From Deltaproteobacteria bacterium (GTDB lineage: Bacteria; Myxococcota_A; UBA9160; UBA6930): a stretch of DNA of 64,000 nucleotides. The notes under the pieces are model-generated. The model made no database searches. It was not told where the DNA came from and saw only the letters and a program-made list of their open reading frames with translations. Positions 37,186-46,625 of this stretch are shown here, in pieces. The stretch is from NCBI GenBank assembly GCA_016875395.1, contig VGRF01000004.1, positions 138,215 through 202,214 on the forward strand, written 5' to 3'. Positions within the stretch are counted from its first letter, which is position 1; every line of letters begins with the position of its first letter. Made by a program: the position numbers and the translations under genes.

Positions 37186-38484
37186 ATGGCGCAGCTCCAT
37201 CTCGCGACGCTCGACATCCACACGCGTCAGCTCTACGCGACGCGCGGCTACGCGTGGGAAGAGTGGGAGCACCTGCGCGAGCACGCGCCCGTGTTTTGGT
37301 ACGAGCGGCCGGAGATCGAGCCGTTCTGGTCGATCGTGCGACATCGCGACGTGCTCGAGATCTCACGCCGCTCCGACATCTTCATCAACGGCCGCCGGCC
37401 GCGGCTGAACTCGCGGCACGACGACGAGAACGAGGCGCGCTTCCGCGAGGTTGATCTCGCACGCCGCGGCTGGGACGCGAACGAGGTGCCGGACTTCGTC
37501 TTCATGGACGACCCGCGCCACAAGCACTTCCGCTCGGTCGCCGCGCGCAGGTTCACGCCCGCCGCGCTCGCGAAGCTCGAGCCGCACTTCGCGGAGCTGT
37601 CGCACCAGTTCGCGCGCGAGCTCGCGGCCGATCTCGCCGAGACGGCGCGCAGCGGCGGGAGCATCGACTTCGTGCGCGGCTTCGCGCAGAAGCTGCCGCT
37701 CGCGGCGATCGGCGAGATGCTCGGCCTCCCGCCCGGCGAGTGGCGGCGCATGAAGCAGCTCACGAACGTGATGGTCGGCAGCGCGGAGCCGAGTTACGAC
37801 CGGCCAGGCGAGACGCGCACCGAGCGCGTCTCGCGCGCCGCGACCGAGATGACCGACGCGATGCTCGAAGTCGTCGCGGACCGGCAGCAGTGCGGACGCG
37901 GCGCCGACCTCGCCTCGCAGATCGTGCACGCGCGCGTCGAAGGCGAGCCGATGAACGAGCAGCAGCTGCAGGGCTACCTGTTCCTGATCCTCGCCGCGGG
38001 CAACGAGACGACGCAGAATGCGATCAGCGGCGGCGCCTACGCGCTGCTGCAGAACCCCGCGCAGCGCGAGCTGCTGGAGCGAAACCCCGCGCTGCTCGAC
38101 GGCGCGGTGGAGGAGATCCTGCGCTGGACCTCGCCCGTGCTTCAGTTCGCGCGCACCGCGACGCAGGACTACGCGCTGGACGGGCACGAGATCCGCGCGG
38201 GCCAGCGCGTCGGCCTCTGGTACCCGGCCGCGAATCGCGATCCCGCGGTGTTCCCGAACCCGTATCGCTTCGACATCACGCGCGCGCCGAATCGTCACCT
38301 CGCGTTCGGCGGCTACGGCGCGCACTTCTGCCTCGGCGCGAACCTCGCGCGCGCTGAGCTGCGCGCGGCACTGCGTGCGCTGTTGCCGCTCCTGCCGCGC
38401 ATGGAGGCCGCGGGGCCACCCGAGCACGCCGCGAACCTGCACGTACCCGCGATTCACCGCCTGCCGGTGCGCGCGGCGGCCTGA
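37186..38484 (+). CDS. Cytochrome P450
   Basis: I-helix AAGNETT, ExxR (EEILRW), and haem-thiolate loop FGGYGAHFCLGANLA. Confidence 0.9.
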   Translation: MAQLHLATLDIHTRQLYATRGYAWEEWEHLREHAPVFWYERPEIEPFWSIVRHRDVLEISRRSDIFINGRRPRLNSRHDDENEARFREVDLARRGWDANEVPDFVFMDDPRHKHFRSVAARRFTPAALAKLEPHFAELSHQFARELAADLAETARSGGSIDFVRGFAQKLPLAAIGEMLGLPPGEWRRMKQLTNVMVGSAEPSYDRPGETRTERVSRAATEMTDAMLEVVADRQQCGRGADLASQIVHARVEGEPMNEQQLQGYLFLILAAGNETTQNAISGGAYALLQNPAQRELLERNPALLDGAVEEILRWTSPVLQFARTATQDYALDGHEIRAGQRVGLWYPAANRDPAVFPNPYRFDITRAPNRHLAFGGYGAHFCLGANLARAELRAALRALLPLLPRMEAAGPPEHAANLHVPAIHRLPVRAAA

Positions 38485-38491
38485 GGAGCCG

Positions 38492-39712
38492 ATGGACGCT
38501 GCCGGCATCTTCACGGTTCCCGAGGCATACGCCGACGCCGAGCGATGGCACGCTGTCGCCGCGCGCCTGCGCCGCGACGTACCGGTATGCCGCGTCGAGG
38601 CGCCGGACTTCCCGCCGTTCTACGCGCTCACGAAGCACGCCGACATCCTCGAGATCGAGCGTCAACCCGAGCGCTTTCTGAACACCTCGCGCTCGATCCT
38701 CGCGCCGCTCTCGCGCCCCGGTCCCGACTCGATGGTGAAAACGCTCGTGAACATCGACGGCGACGAGCACCGCGCGTACCGCGGCATGACCAACGAGTGG
38801 TTCAAGCCCGGCAACCTCCGCCGCTCGTTCGAGCCGCGCATCGCCGCGCTTGCGAAGCAGTTCGTGGGCCGCATGGCCGAGCTCGGCGGCACGTGCGACT
38901 TCGCGCTCGACATCGCGCGCTACTACCCGCTGCGCGTGATCATGAGCATCCTCGGCGTGCCCGAGGCGGACGAGCCGCTGATGCTCGACCTGACGCAGCG
39001 CATCTTCGGCGCCGACGACCCGGACTTCGGCAGCGGGCGATCGAGCGAGGCGTTGGCCGCGACGTTCAACGAGCTCTTCACGTACTTCAACCGCATCACC
39101 GCCGAGCGCCGCGCGCGTCCGACAGACGATCTCGCCAGCGCGATCGCCAATGGCAAGCTCCCTGGCGGGAAACCGCTCGGCGACGCCGGCACCGTCGGCT
39201 ACTACGCCATCGTCGCGACCGCCGGGCACGACACCACAGCGAGCACGCTCGCGGCAGGCTTCGAGGCACTGATCCGCAACCCCGAGCAGCTCGCGCTGCT
39301 GCAGCGCGAGCCCGAGCGCATCCCGAACGCCGTCGAGGAGATGATTCGCTGGGTCACGCCGGTGCGGCACTTCCTGCGCCACGCGCAGGAGGACTACACG
39401 TTGCGCGGCGTGCGCATCCACAAGGGCGACGTGCTGCTGCTGTCGTACCTGTCCGCGAACCGCGACGAGGAGGTGTTCGCCGACGGCCGGCGTTTCGACG
39501 TGACGCGCGCCAACGCGTCCGACCACATCGCCTTCGGCACGGGCGTGCACTTCTGCCTGGGCGCGCTGCTCGCGCGCATGGAGCTCAATCACTTCTTCCG
39601 CGAGCTGCTGCCGCGACTCGAGTCGATCGAGCTCACCGGGCCGACTGAGTACACCGCCGCGATCTTCGTGGGCGCGCCGAAGAAGATCCCGATCCGCTAC
39701 CGGATGCGCTGA
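38492..39712 (+). CDS. Cytochrome P450
   Basis: RBS GAGGAG, I-helix ATAGHDTT, ExxR (EEMIRW), and FGTGVHFCLGALLA. Confidence 0.9.
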   Translation: MDAAGIFTVPEAYADAERWHAVAARLRRDVPVCRVEAPDFPPFYALTKHADILEIERQPERFLNTSRSILAPLSRPGPDSMVKTLVNIDGDEHRAYRGMTNEWFKPGNLRRSFEPRIAALAKQFVGRMAELGGTCDFALDIARYYPLRVIMSILGVPEADEPLMLDLTQRIFGADDPDFGSGRSSEALAATFNELFTYFNRITAERRARPTDDLASAIANGKLPGGKPLGDAGTVGYYAIVATAGHDTTASTLAAGFEALIRNPEQLALLQREPERIPNAVEEMIRWVTPVRHFLRHAQEDYTLRGVRIHKGDVLLLSYLSANRDEEVFADGRRFDVTRANASDHIAFGTGVHFCLGALLARMELNHFFRELLPRLESIELTGPTEYTAAIFVGAPKKIPIRYRMR

Positions 39713-39883
39713 GCCCCGGGTGTGCGTGTGGCAGCGGTCGCGCGCGTCCCGTCGCTGTCGCGCGTCGCTAGGCGACCCGGCGGCGGAGCGCGGCCCCCAG
39801 CGCGACCACGCAACTGACCTGAGCTGGGTCTCTCGGCCTAGCTGATTCGTATGAGAGTGGCTTCCGACGAAAGGAAGCCCCGC

Positions 39884-39952
39884 GTGAAGAAGAGCCGGTT
39901 TTCGGAAGAGCAAGTGGTGAAGATCCAGCGCGAGGCGGATCGCGCACCGGTG
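39884..39952 (+). pseudogene. IS3-family orfA N-terminal fragment
   Basis: AAGGAAG RBS plus GTG. VKKSRFSEEQVVKIQREADRAPV matches the conserved IS3/IS911 OrfA N-terminus and then diverges to a stop. Confidence 0.65.
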
Positions 39953-39975
39953 ACCCCTCTTTCCCGAAGAGACGA

Positions 39976-40249
39976 TCAGTCTCGAGAGGGCAGCACATAG
40001 CTCCTCTCGAAGTCGTTGGGCGGCTGGTCGCCCAGCGCTGAGTACCGTCGGCGCGGGTTGTACCGGGACTCGGTGAAGTCGAGGACGGCCATGCGAGCCT
40101 CGGCCTGAGTGCGGAACCTCGAGCGCGCGATCAGCGCGTGCGGGACCACTGCGAACCCTCGCCTCCTTGCAGCGCAGGCCGAACGCGATCGACGTGTACT
40201 GCGTGCCCTGGTCCGAGTGACGACTTACGTCTGGGGCGACCGCGCGCAA
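39976..40249 (-). pseudogene. IS3-family orfB (DDE/rve integrase) C-terminal remnant with an internal deletion and frameshift
   Basis: HSDQGTQYTSIAF lies in one frame. QAEARMAVLDFTESRYNPRRRYSALGDQPPNDFERSY lies in another. About 60 aa of the expected core is missing between them. Confidence 0.7.
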
Positions 40250-40466
40250 TACGACGTTTTCGAGCTGCTGTGAACCTTGTGAGAGCTGAAGCGCCCTCGA
40301 AGACCCGGGTCTTCTGATCTCGCTTCTCCCGTCGAGCGCCGAGCCAGCACGTCCCCTGCATGGCTCATTGCTCGGGACGCACGCGAACGCCCGACGGGCA
40401 GGTCACCGTCACCTCGCGGTCAGAGCCCGACATCGCCCGAAGGTTCCCTAGCGAAATCGCACTCTT

Positions 40467-40565
40467 TGGCGGAAGCGGACGGGAATCGAACCCGCCGAGA
40501 CCGCGTCGCCGCGGTCTCCACCGGTTTTGAAGACCGGGCGAGGCACCAGCGCTCGAAACGCTTCC
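40467..40565 (-). tRNA. selC: tRNA-Sec (anticodon UCA)
   Basis: 99 nt: GGAAGCG...CGCTTCCGCCA. It folds with a 7-bp acceptor plus a 6-bp T stem (13 bp total, the tRNA-Sec hallmark). The anticodon loop is CU-UCA-AA. The variable arm has a 9-bp stem with a GCGA tetraloop. T-loop TTCGATT, encoded CCA. It resembles E. coli selC. Confidence 0.9.
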
Positions 40566-40668
40566 AGAAGAGGCACGGTACAGAGAACTCGCTGGATCGC
40601 GCCGCGGAGTGCGCGCCGAGTTGCCGCTCGCTTGCCGCGCGATGCGAGCAATTTCTTGCCCGTCGCGC

Positions 40669-40698
40669 TTGACGATCCTCGCGCGCGGGGCGTAAATC
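40669..40698 (+). promoter_or_regulatory. Putative sigma70-type promoter (TTGACG-N18-TAAATC) upstream of the HPF-like gene
   Basis: A good -35 hexamer and an AT-rich -10 in an otherwise GC-rich spacer, about 175 nt upstream of ATG 40873. Confidence 0.4.
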
Positions 40699-40872
40699 GT
40701 TCGTGGGCGCGAACGCTTCGTGCCGATCAAGAATCCAACGCGTACCGCACTCGAGAGCAGGAGGAATCACCCGCCACAAACGAAGCCAATGTCCGCAGAT
40801 GCGATGGAACTCGGTTCATTCCAAGAATTTCGAGAGGGCTCGCGGCGCAGCCGCGGCCGACGGAGGATCTGG

Positions 40873-41202
40873 ATGAGCGATGCAGTCGTTGCAGTGCACC
40901 TCAAGGACATGACGGTGATCGATGCGGTGCGCGAGCTCGTCGAGAGACGCTGTACCGATCTGGCGGATGAGTTCCCCGAGCTGACGCACGTACACGTCAC
41001 GCTCTCGCCCGACGGCCGCGGGCATCACGCGAGCTTGCACGCGACGGGCAAGCGCACCGAGATCGCGAGCCACGCGCATGCGCCGGAGCCCGGGCACGCC
41101 GCGGACCAAGTGCTCGACAAGGTTCGGCACCAGCTGCGGCGCACGCACGACAAGCACATCTACACGCAGCGCCGCCGCGCCCGTCACATCCGCGTGGCGT
41201 AG
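40873..41202 (+). CDS. HPF/RaiA-family ribosome-associated (hibernation) protein, short form
   Basis: GGAGGA RBS. The pattern VHLKDMTVIDAVRELVERRCTDLADEF...HAADQVLDKVRHQLRR fits the S30AE/HPF fold. Confidence 0.7.
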   Translation: MSDAVVAVHLKDMTVIDAVRELVERRCTDLADEFPELTHVHVTLSPDGRGHHASLHATGKRTEIASHAHAPEPGHAADQVLDKVRHQLRRTHDKHIYTQRRRARHIRVA

Positions 41203-41236
41203 CGCCGCCGCGCGAGGACGCGGAGGCACAAGCAGC

Positions 41237-41272
41237 GAGGCCGGACGCGAGAGCGCCCGGCCTCGTTCGTTT
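41237..41272 (+). terminator. Rho-independent terminator candidate after the HPF-like gene
   Basis: An 8-bp stem GAGGCCGG/CCGGCCTC with a 12-nt loop, followed by GTTCGTTT. Confidence 0.5.
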
Positions 41273-41423
41273 GGGGGGCGGTGCCAGCACGATTCCTCGG
41301 CCCCAATTCGAGCGAGCCGCGATCGCACGCGATCCCGTAGCTCTCGCCGCACAACTGCCCGCGCTGGCAGGCGAATCCCGTTTCCACTACTCACCGCGCC
41401 TGCTTCGGGAGCGGAGAAGCGAG

Positions 41424-41765
41424 ATGCCCGTCTACGAGTACCAATGCACGGCCTGCCAGCACGAGTTCGAGCGCGAGCAGCGCATCAGCGAGGCCGCGAT
41501 CAAGAAGTGCCCGAAGTGCGGCAAGGCGAAGGCGAAGCGTCTGATCTCGCGTACTTCGTTCGTGCTGAAGGGCGGCGGTTGGTACGGCGACCTCTACGCG
41601 AGCCAGAAGCCGAGCAGCGAGAGCAAGGACAAGACGGAGACCGCGCCGGCCGCGAAGAGCGACAGCGCCGCGGCGGGCGAAGCGAAGAGCGAGCCGGCGA
41701 AGGCGGAGACGAAGAGCGAGGCCAAGCCAGAGAAGAAGAGCAAGGGCAAGAAGGCAGCGGCCTGA
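41424..41765 (+). CDS. FmdB-family zinc-ribbon protein with a Lys/Ala/Glu-rich tail
   Basis: MPVYEYQCTACQHEFE...KKCPKCG is the CxxC_CxxC_SSSS signature. Confidence 0.85.
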   Translation: MPVYEYQCTACQHEFEREQRISEAAIKKCPKCGKAKAKRLISRTSFVLKGGGWYGDLYASQKPSSESKDKTETAPAAKSDSAAAGEAKSEPAKAETKSEAKPEKKSKGKKAAA

Positions 41766-41789
41766 GCCGAGGCGTCAAATCTCGACGAC

Positions 41790-41812
41790 CTCGGTCGCGA
41801 AGCACGACCGAG
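41790..41812. terminator. Hairpin between convergent genes (possible bidirectional terminator)
   Basis: CTCGGTCG-cgaagca-CGACCGAG, an 8-bp stem. There is no clear U-tract. Confidence 0.3.
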
Positions 41813-41856
41813 GACAAGCTCGCGGCGTTTCCATTCAGCCGCAGGCATGCGCTTGA

Positions 41857-42144
41857 TCAGGTCGTGTCGTCGCGCAGGAACTCCACGAAGAAGCGCACCG
41901 GCCCGCGCAGTGCAACCTCGTGCGGATGCTCGGGCGGAATCACGACGCCGCGATCGGGGGTGAGCACGCGCTCGAGGATCGGCTCCGCGAGCGAGCGGAA
42001 TGACAACTCGCCTTCGAGCACCACCACGCGACCCCACACGCCCGCCCTCGTCGTGTGGTTTCGCAGCAGACCCGCGGGCGTGGTCGCCGCATCCAACTCT
42101 GGCGTGCGCTTGTAGACGCGCACGTTCGCGGGGAGCTCTCGCAT
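41857..42144 (-). CDS. DUF1971 (TehB N-terminal-like) domain protein
   Basis: YKRTPELDAATTPAGLLRNHTTRAGVWGRVVVLEGEL...FFVEF matches the DUF1971 pattern. Start at ATG 42144. Confidence 0.75.
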   Translation of the reverse strand: MRELPANVRVYKRTPELDAATTPAGLLRNHTTRAGVWGRVVVLEGELSFRSLAEPILERVLTPDRGVVIPPEHPHEVALRGPVRFFVEFLRDDTT

Positions 42145-42408
42145 GCGCGCAGCTTCGCGCGGCGGAGCCAGCTGCGCAGCGCCGCGTCGGCTGGGGCGAA
42201 GCGCACTGCTCACTGCCGCGCCGAACGCACAGCGATGCCACGGCGCGCGTCGCAATCGAAGCCGGCGTCCTACCGGGGACGGCGTTTCTCTCGTTCCACT
42301 TCCCGAGCACGCACGCGAACCGCGTCGTCGGCCCAGCCGGCGATCCCGAGTCGAAGTGCCCGGAGCACAAGCTGACTGCGGTGCGCATCGCGCCGGCATG
42401 AGCGCGAC

Positions 42409-42615
42409 TCACTCGTCGGGCTCGCTGAGACCCGACAGGTCCGGCGCGTGAGTCCACAGGTCGCGGCGCTCGTCGAAGCAGCCGCCTCGCTGAACCGCAC
42501 ACGCGAAGCAAAGGCTGCGCTCCGCGTCGACCGCGTACGTGCGATCGCGCGATGAGTGCACTTCGGCGCCGCATTCGGCGCAGTACCCGAGCTCGCGCGC
42601 TTCCGATCGGTGCAT
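42409..42615 (-). CDS. Small Cys-rich hypothetical protein (CxxC...CxxC)
   Basis: 68 aa, CAEC...CFAC, coding-like GC3. No family recognised. Confidence 0.45.
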   Translation of the reverse strand: MHRSEARELGYCAECGAEVHSSRDRTYAVDAERSLCFACAVQRGGCFDERRDLWTHAPDLSGLSEPDE

Positions 42616-42763
42616 CGCCCGCACTCCCGCCCGTGCGCGGATGCATCGCTCGTGCCCGCTGCGCGAGCGTGCGGCGCTCGCTGGGGCGGCGCGCTCCGCG
42701 CTGCCCCGCGCTGCAGCAGCCGCGCTGTGCAATCGGCGCATCGCTGTCACACTGCGCAGCCTC

Positions 42764-43915
42764 ATGCGCAGACTCGCCGCGTTTCTCCTCGCACTCGCGC
42801 TGGCCGCCGCCGCGCTCGCGCAGCCCCCGCAGCGCTTCCCGCTACCCGCGCAGCGACTCGACGTGCCGTACCCGACGCGCGGCTGGGCGAGGGGCGACCC
42901 GAAGAACGCCGACCACATCGCGATCGAAGTCGCGCTCGGCAAGCTGTTCGCGCCAAAGAGCACGAAGGGAATTCCGGACACGCGCGCGGTGCTCGTCGTG
43001 CAGGGCGGGCGGCTCGTGGCGGAGCAATACGCGAAGGGGTTCGACGCGCGCACGCGATTCCGCTCGTGGTCGGCGGCCAAGAGCGTCGTCAACGCGTGGG
43101 TGGGCATTCTTGTGCGCGACGGTCTCGCCTCGCTCGACGAGCCACTCGACGCGCGCGAGTGGCGCTCGCGCGCGGACGATCCGCGCCGCGCAGTCACGGT
43201 GCGCCACGCGCTGCAGATGACGACGGGCCTCGAGAATGCGGACGGCGACGGCGGGCCGACCAGCTTCGGCGCCGACTTGTTGTTCGGGAACGCCTCGGGC
43301 GACACCGCCCTCGCCGCCTCTCAGCCCGCGCTCGGCGTGCCGCCGGGCACGCGCTGGGCATACAGCACGGGCACGACGCAGCTGCTCTCGCGCTTCGTCG
43401 TCGACCGCGCGGGCGAAGACGTGCGCGCGTTCGTGAAGCGCGAGCTGTACGACCCGCTCGGCATGCACTCCTTCGTAGTCGAGCACGACCGTGCGGGCAC
43501 GCCGCTCGTCGGCGCGTTCGCGTGGGGCACGGCGCAGGACTGGGCGCGCCTGGGTCTCCTGTATCTGCGCGACGGCGTGTGGGAGACGGGGCGCATCCTG
43601 CCGCAGGGCTGGGTCGACTTCACGCGCACGCCGGCGGATGTCCATAACAACGGCACGTACGGCGCGCACTTCTGGATCAATGCGCCGCCGGGGCCAGAGC
43701 AGCACGCGCACTTCGGTGCGGGCCTGGACTCGTTCGAGATGAACGGCAACGCCGGCCAGTTCGTGATCCTCGTGCCCTCGCGCGACCTCGTGGTCGTGCG
43801 CTTCGGCGAGATGAACGCGACTTCGTGGGACGCGCTGCGCAGTGGGCTGCGCGAGCTGATCGAGGCCTTCGCGCCGCTCGGCGCGCCCGCGCGCAGCGGA
43901 GGGCACGGCCATTGA
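42764..43915 (+). CDS. Serine hydrolase, beta-lactamase/transpeptidase-like family (secreted)
   Basis: Signal peptide LAAFLLALALAAAALA, an SxxK motif (SWSAAKS) and YSTG. Confidence 0.8.
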   Translation: MRRLAAFLLALALAAAALAQPPQRFPLPAQRLDVPYPTRGWARGDPKNADHIAIEVALGKLFAPKSTKGIPDTRAVLVVQGGRLVAEQYAKGFDARTRFRSWSAAKSVVNAWVGILVRDGLASLDEPLDAREWRSRADDPRRAVTVRHALQMTTGLENADGDGGPTSFGADLLFGNASGDTALAASQPALGVPPGTRWAYSTGTTQLLSRFVVDRAGEDVRAFVKRELYDPLGMHSFVVEHDRAGTPLVGAFAWGTAQDWARLGLLYLRDGVWETGRILPQGWVDFTRTPADVHNNGTYGAHFWINAPPGPEQHAHFGAGLDSFEMNGNAGQFVILVPSRDLVVVRFGEMNATSWDALRSGLRELIEAFAPLGAPARSGGHGH

Positions 43916-44217
43916 AGTGGGTAATCGGCTTCGTCGTGTGGCTCGTGCTCGTGGCGGTGCTCGCCGTGGGCGTCCCCTACCTGAACAACGTCACCGCCGT
44001 GGGCGCGGGCTACGTCGCGAAAGAAGTGTGCTCGTGCATGACCCTCGGCGGGCGCGACTACGCCGCCTGCCGCGCCGACCTGCCCGAGTCCCTCGACTTC
44101 GAGCGCGTGCAGTCCGAGCCGCTGCCGGACGGCAAGGGCGTGCGCGCCTGGGTGCCTCTGTTCGCCGAGCGAGTGGCGCTCGCGACGCCCGAGAGCGGGT
44201 GCGTGCTGCAGCCCTAA
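43912..44217 (+). CDS. Small membrane-anchored hypothetical protein
   Basis: Putative TTG start overlapping the upstream stop (TTGA). TM helix VIGFVVWLVLVAVLAVGV. The start codon is uncertain. Confidence 0.45.
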   Translation: MKWVIGFVVWLVLVAVLAVGVPYLNNVTAVGAGYVAKEVCSCMTLGGRDYAACRADLPESLDFERVQSEPLPDGKGVRAWVPLFAERVALATPESGCVLQP

Positions 44218-44227
44218 GCCCCGGCTG

Positions 44228-45427
44228 TTAGTTCGCGACCTCGACCTTCCGCCCCGCTTCGAGCGTTCCCTCAGCGCTCACGACCACCGCCTCGCCGCCG
44301 AGCAGGCCCTCGCGCACGACGACCGAGTCGGCGCGCTCACCCCCGAGCGCGACGCGCTGCTGGCGCAGCTTGCTTTCGCTCACGACCCACACGGCGCCGT
44401 CCTGTACCGACGCGCGCGGCACCGTGATCACCGCCGCCGGCGGGGCGCCGGGCGCTTCTGGCGCCGCCTCGGGCGCGAGGAACGCGACGCGAACGCTCGA
44501 GTCGGGGCGCAGCTTGTCGTCGCGCTCGAGCAGGCGCACCTCCACCTTCAGCGTGCCCTTCTGCCGATTCACCTGGGGATAGAGCTTCACGACCTCGGCG
44601 TCGTAGTGGCTGTCGGGGAACGAGTCGGGCGTCACTTCCGCGCGCTGGCCGAGCTTCACGCGCGCGAGGTCGACCTCGTTGACGTCGACCTCGGCCCGCA
44701 GGTCCGTGAGATCTGCGATGCGGATCAAGTCGCCCGCGCCGGCGAACCCGCCTGGCACCGCGATCTCTCCCACCTCTTTGAACTTCGCGAGCACCACGCC
44801 GTCCCGCGGCGCGCGCAGCGTGGTGTAGTCGAGCGCGATCTCCGCCTCGCGCAGCGCGGCTTCGGCTTGCTGCACTTGCGCCTTCGCGACGCGCAGCTGG
44901 CTCTCCTTCACGTCGAGCTGCGACTGCGCCGCGACGTTCTGCTGCGCCAGCGCGCGAATGCGCTTCGCCTCGATCTCAGCGAGCTGCGCGTTCGCGCTCG
45001 CGAGCTCGCGCGCCGCGCGGGCGCGCGAGAGCGCCGCCTCGTAGTCGCGCTTGTCGAGCTGCACGAGCGCTTGGCCCTTCGTGACGGCCTGCGACTCCTC
45101 GACGAGATACGCGTCGATGCGGCCCGGCACGCGCACGCCGATCGAGATGTACTTCTCGCCCGTGACGACGTAACCCGAGCCGGTGAGCACCACGCCCGCG
45201 GCCGGCGCGCTCGCCTCGCCGCCTTCGCTGCGCTCTGCGTACGCGACACTCACGACGGTCGGCGCGCCGAGCGTGAGGCGCCATAGCACCGCTCCGCCGA
45301 GCGCGAGCAGCGAGAGCGCGATCGCCCACACGAAGCGCGGAACGCGCCGCTTCTTCGGCGGCGGCGCGCGCCGATCGAGCTTCAGCGAGCTCAGCTCTTC
45401 CCGTACGGACCGCGCCTGCTCTGCCAT
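44228..45427 (-). CDS. HlyD/MacA-type periplasmic adaptor (membrane fusion protein)
   Basis: N-terminal TM helix, a coiled-coil hairpin (ALSRARAARELASANAQLAE...), and barrel-sandwich and beta-barrel segments. Confidence 0.85.
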   Translation of the reverse strand: MAEQARSVREELSSLKLDRRAPPPKKRRVPRFVWAIALSLLALGGAVLWRLTLGAPTVVSVAYAERSEGGEASAPAAGVVLTGSGYVVTGEKYISIGVRVPGRIDAYLVEESQAVTKGQALVQLDKRDYEAALSRARAARELASANAQLAEIEAKRIRALAQQNVAAQSQLDVKESQLRVAKAQVQQAEAALREAEIALDYTTLRAPRDGVVLAKFKEVGEIAVPGGFAGAGDLIRIADLTDLRAEVDVNEVDLARVKLGQRAEVTPDSFPDSHYDAEVVKLYPQVNRQKGTLKVEVRLLERDDKLRPDSSVRVAFLAPEAAPEAPGAPPAAVITVPRASVQDGAVWVVSESKLRQQRVALGGERADSVVVREGLLGGEAVVVSAEGTLEAGRKVEVAN

Positions 45428-45430
45428 CCC

Positions 45431-46609
45431 TTATGCCTTTCGGAGCGCTTCGATCGGGCGCAGCTTCGCGGCGCGGCGCGCGGGGAAGTACCCGCCGAGC
45501 ACGCCGATCGCGAGCGAGAGCGCGAACGCGGCGACGAGGTCGCTCGGGCCGACGCGCAGCTGGATCACGTTGGTCGAGAAGGTCTCTGCCTGCCAGCTGA
45601 TCCCGCCGAGCGCAGCCGAGATTGCGGCGGCCAGTGCGATCGCGATCGCGCCGCCGAGCGCGAAGCCGAGCGCCGCCGTGATCAGCGACTCAACCAGGAA
45701 AGACGTGAGGATCGCGCCGCGCGAAAAGCCGAGCGCGCGCAGCGTGCCGATCTCCGACACGCGCGCCTGCACCGCGGCATACAGCGTGTTCGTCGCGCCG
45801 AGCATGGCGCCGAGACCGGCGAATAGCGCGACGAACACGACCAGCACGTAGATCTGCGTCGTGGCCTCCGCTTGCTCCGCGTAGTAGTCGGTCTCGAGCT
45901 TGGCCTCGAGCGCATGGCGAGGGTCGTCGCCGATGCGCCGCGCGAGCGCCTCCATGTCGGCGCCGTCCGCGACGCGCAGGCGAAAGCTCGAGAACGGCAT
46001 CACGCGCTTCGCGTCGTTCGCGAGCTCGCGCGCGTCCACCCACACTTCGCTCTCGAAGGACGATCCGCCGGACTCGAGGATGCCCACGACCTTCCAGCGC
46101 TGGCGGCCGAACTCGAGCGCGTCGCCGAGCTGCGCGCCGACGTATCGCCCAGCGACGCCGCGGCCCACCACCGCCTCGCCGCTCGACGGCACGAACATGC
46201 GGCCCTCGGCGATCTTCACGCCGTCGTGAACCGAGAGCGCGACGGGCTCGACGCCGCGCACGAGGACGTTCTCGCGACCGCCGCTCTTGGGCGTGAAGAA
46301 CGGCTGGATCACGAGCTCCGGTGAGAGCCGCGGATCGCCTGCGGGCGTGCGCGCGATGCCGTCGAAGAAGCGGATGTCTTGCAGCGACTGGAGCGTGAGC
46401 TGCGAGTTCCCGTCGTTGTCCGAGCCCTTGCGCATCACGATCAGGTTGCGCGGGTCGCCCGAGCTGACGAGGGTGCGCCGGAGACTGCTCGCGAGGCTGA
46501 GAATCAGCGACACCGCGATCACGACGAGCGCGATCACGCTCACGGTCAGGCTCGTGCGCAGGCGGCGCGCGAACAGGCTGCGCAGGCTGTACGAGAGGGG
46601 CAGCGCCAT
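45431..46609 (-). CDS. ABC transporter permease, FtsX/MacB-type
   Basis: MacB_PCD-like periplasmic domain followed by FtsX helices (RVSEIGTLRALGFSR). Confidence 0.85.
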   Translation of the reverse strand: MALPLSYSLRSLFARRLRTSLTVSVIALVVIAVSLILSLASSLRRTLVSSGDPRNLIVMRKGSDNDGNSQLTLQSLQDIRFFDGIARTPAGDPRLSPELVIQPFFTPKSGGRENVLVRGVEPVALSVHDGVKIAEGRMFVPSSGEAVVGRGVAGRYVGAQLGDALEFGRQRWKVVGILESGGSSFESEVWVDARELANDAKRVMPFSSFRLRVADGADMEALARRIGDDPRHALEAKLETDYYAEQAEATTQIYVLVVFVALFAGLGAMLGATNTLYAAVQARVSEIGTLRALGFSRGAILTSFLVESLITAALGFALGGAIAIALAAAISAALGGISWQAETFSTNVIQLRVGPSDLVAAFALSLAIGVLGGYFPARRAAKLRPIEALRKA

Positions 46610-46625
46610 GGCGGGTCAGGCCTCT

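Larger units (their letters stand above)
39815..40249. mobile_element. Debris of IS3-family insertion sequence(s): 5' end with orfA start (plus strand) abutting an inverted, degraded orfB 3' part
   Basis: A TGACCTGAGCTGGG end resembling an IS3/IS407-type inverted repeat starts at 39815. The orfA-like start and DDE-integrase remnants follow. No intact transposase and no matching second inverted repeat were seen. Confidence 0.7.

Noticed and set aside
39815-40249. Active insertion sequence
   Set aside because: orfA is truncated after about 22 conserved residues. orfB is inverted, internally deleted and frameshifted. Only one candidate terminal repeat is present.
40299-40314. Perfect 16-bp palindrome GAAGACCCGGGTCTTC as an island att site or terminator
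   Set aside because: No matching direct repeat of the tRNA 3' end was found, and there is no U-tract. It is kept only as a possible relative of the TCGAAGACTC loop motif.
40636-40662. Sigma54-like GGCAAG-AAA-TTGC on the minus strand, plus an imperfect palindrome TTGCCGCTCGC...GCGAGCAA, upstream of tRNA-Sec
   Set aside because: The GG-to-GC spacing is one nt short for the good alignment, and the alternative alignment loses the -24 consensus. No convincing tRNA promoter could be assigned.
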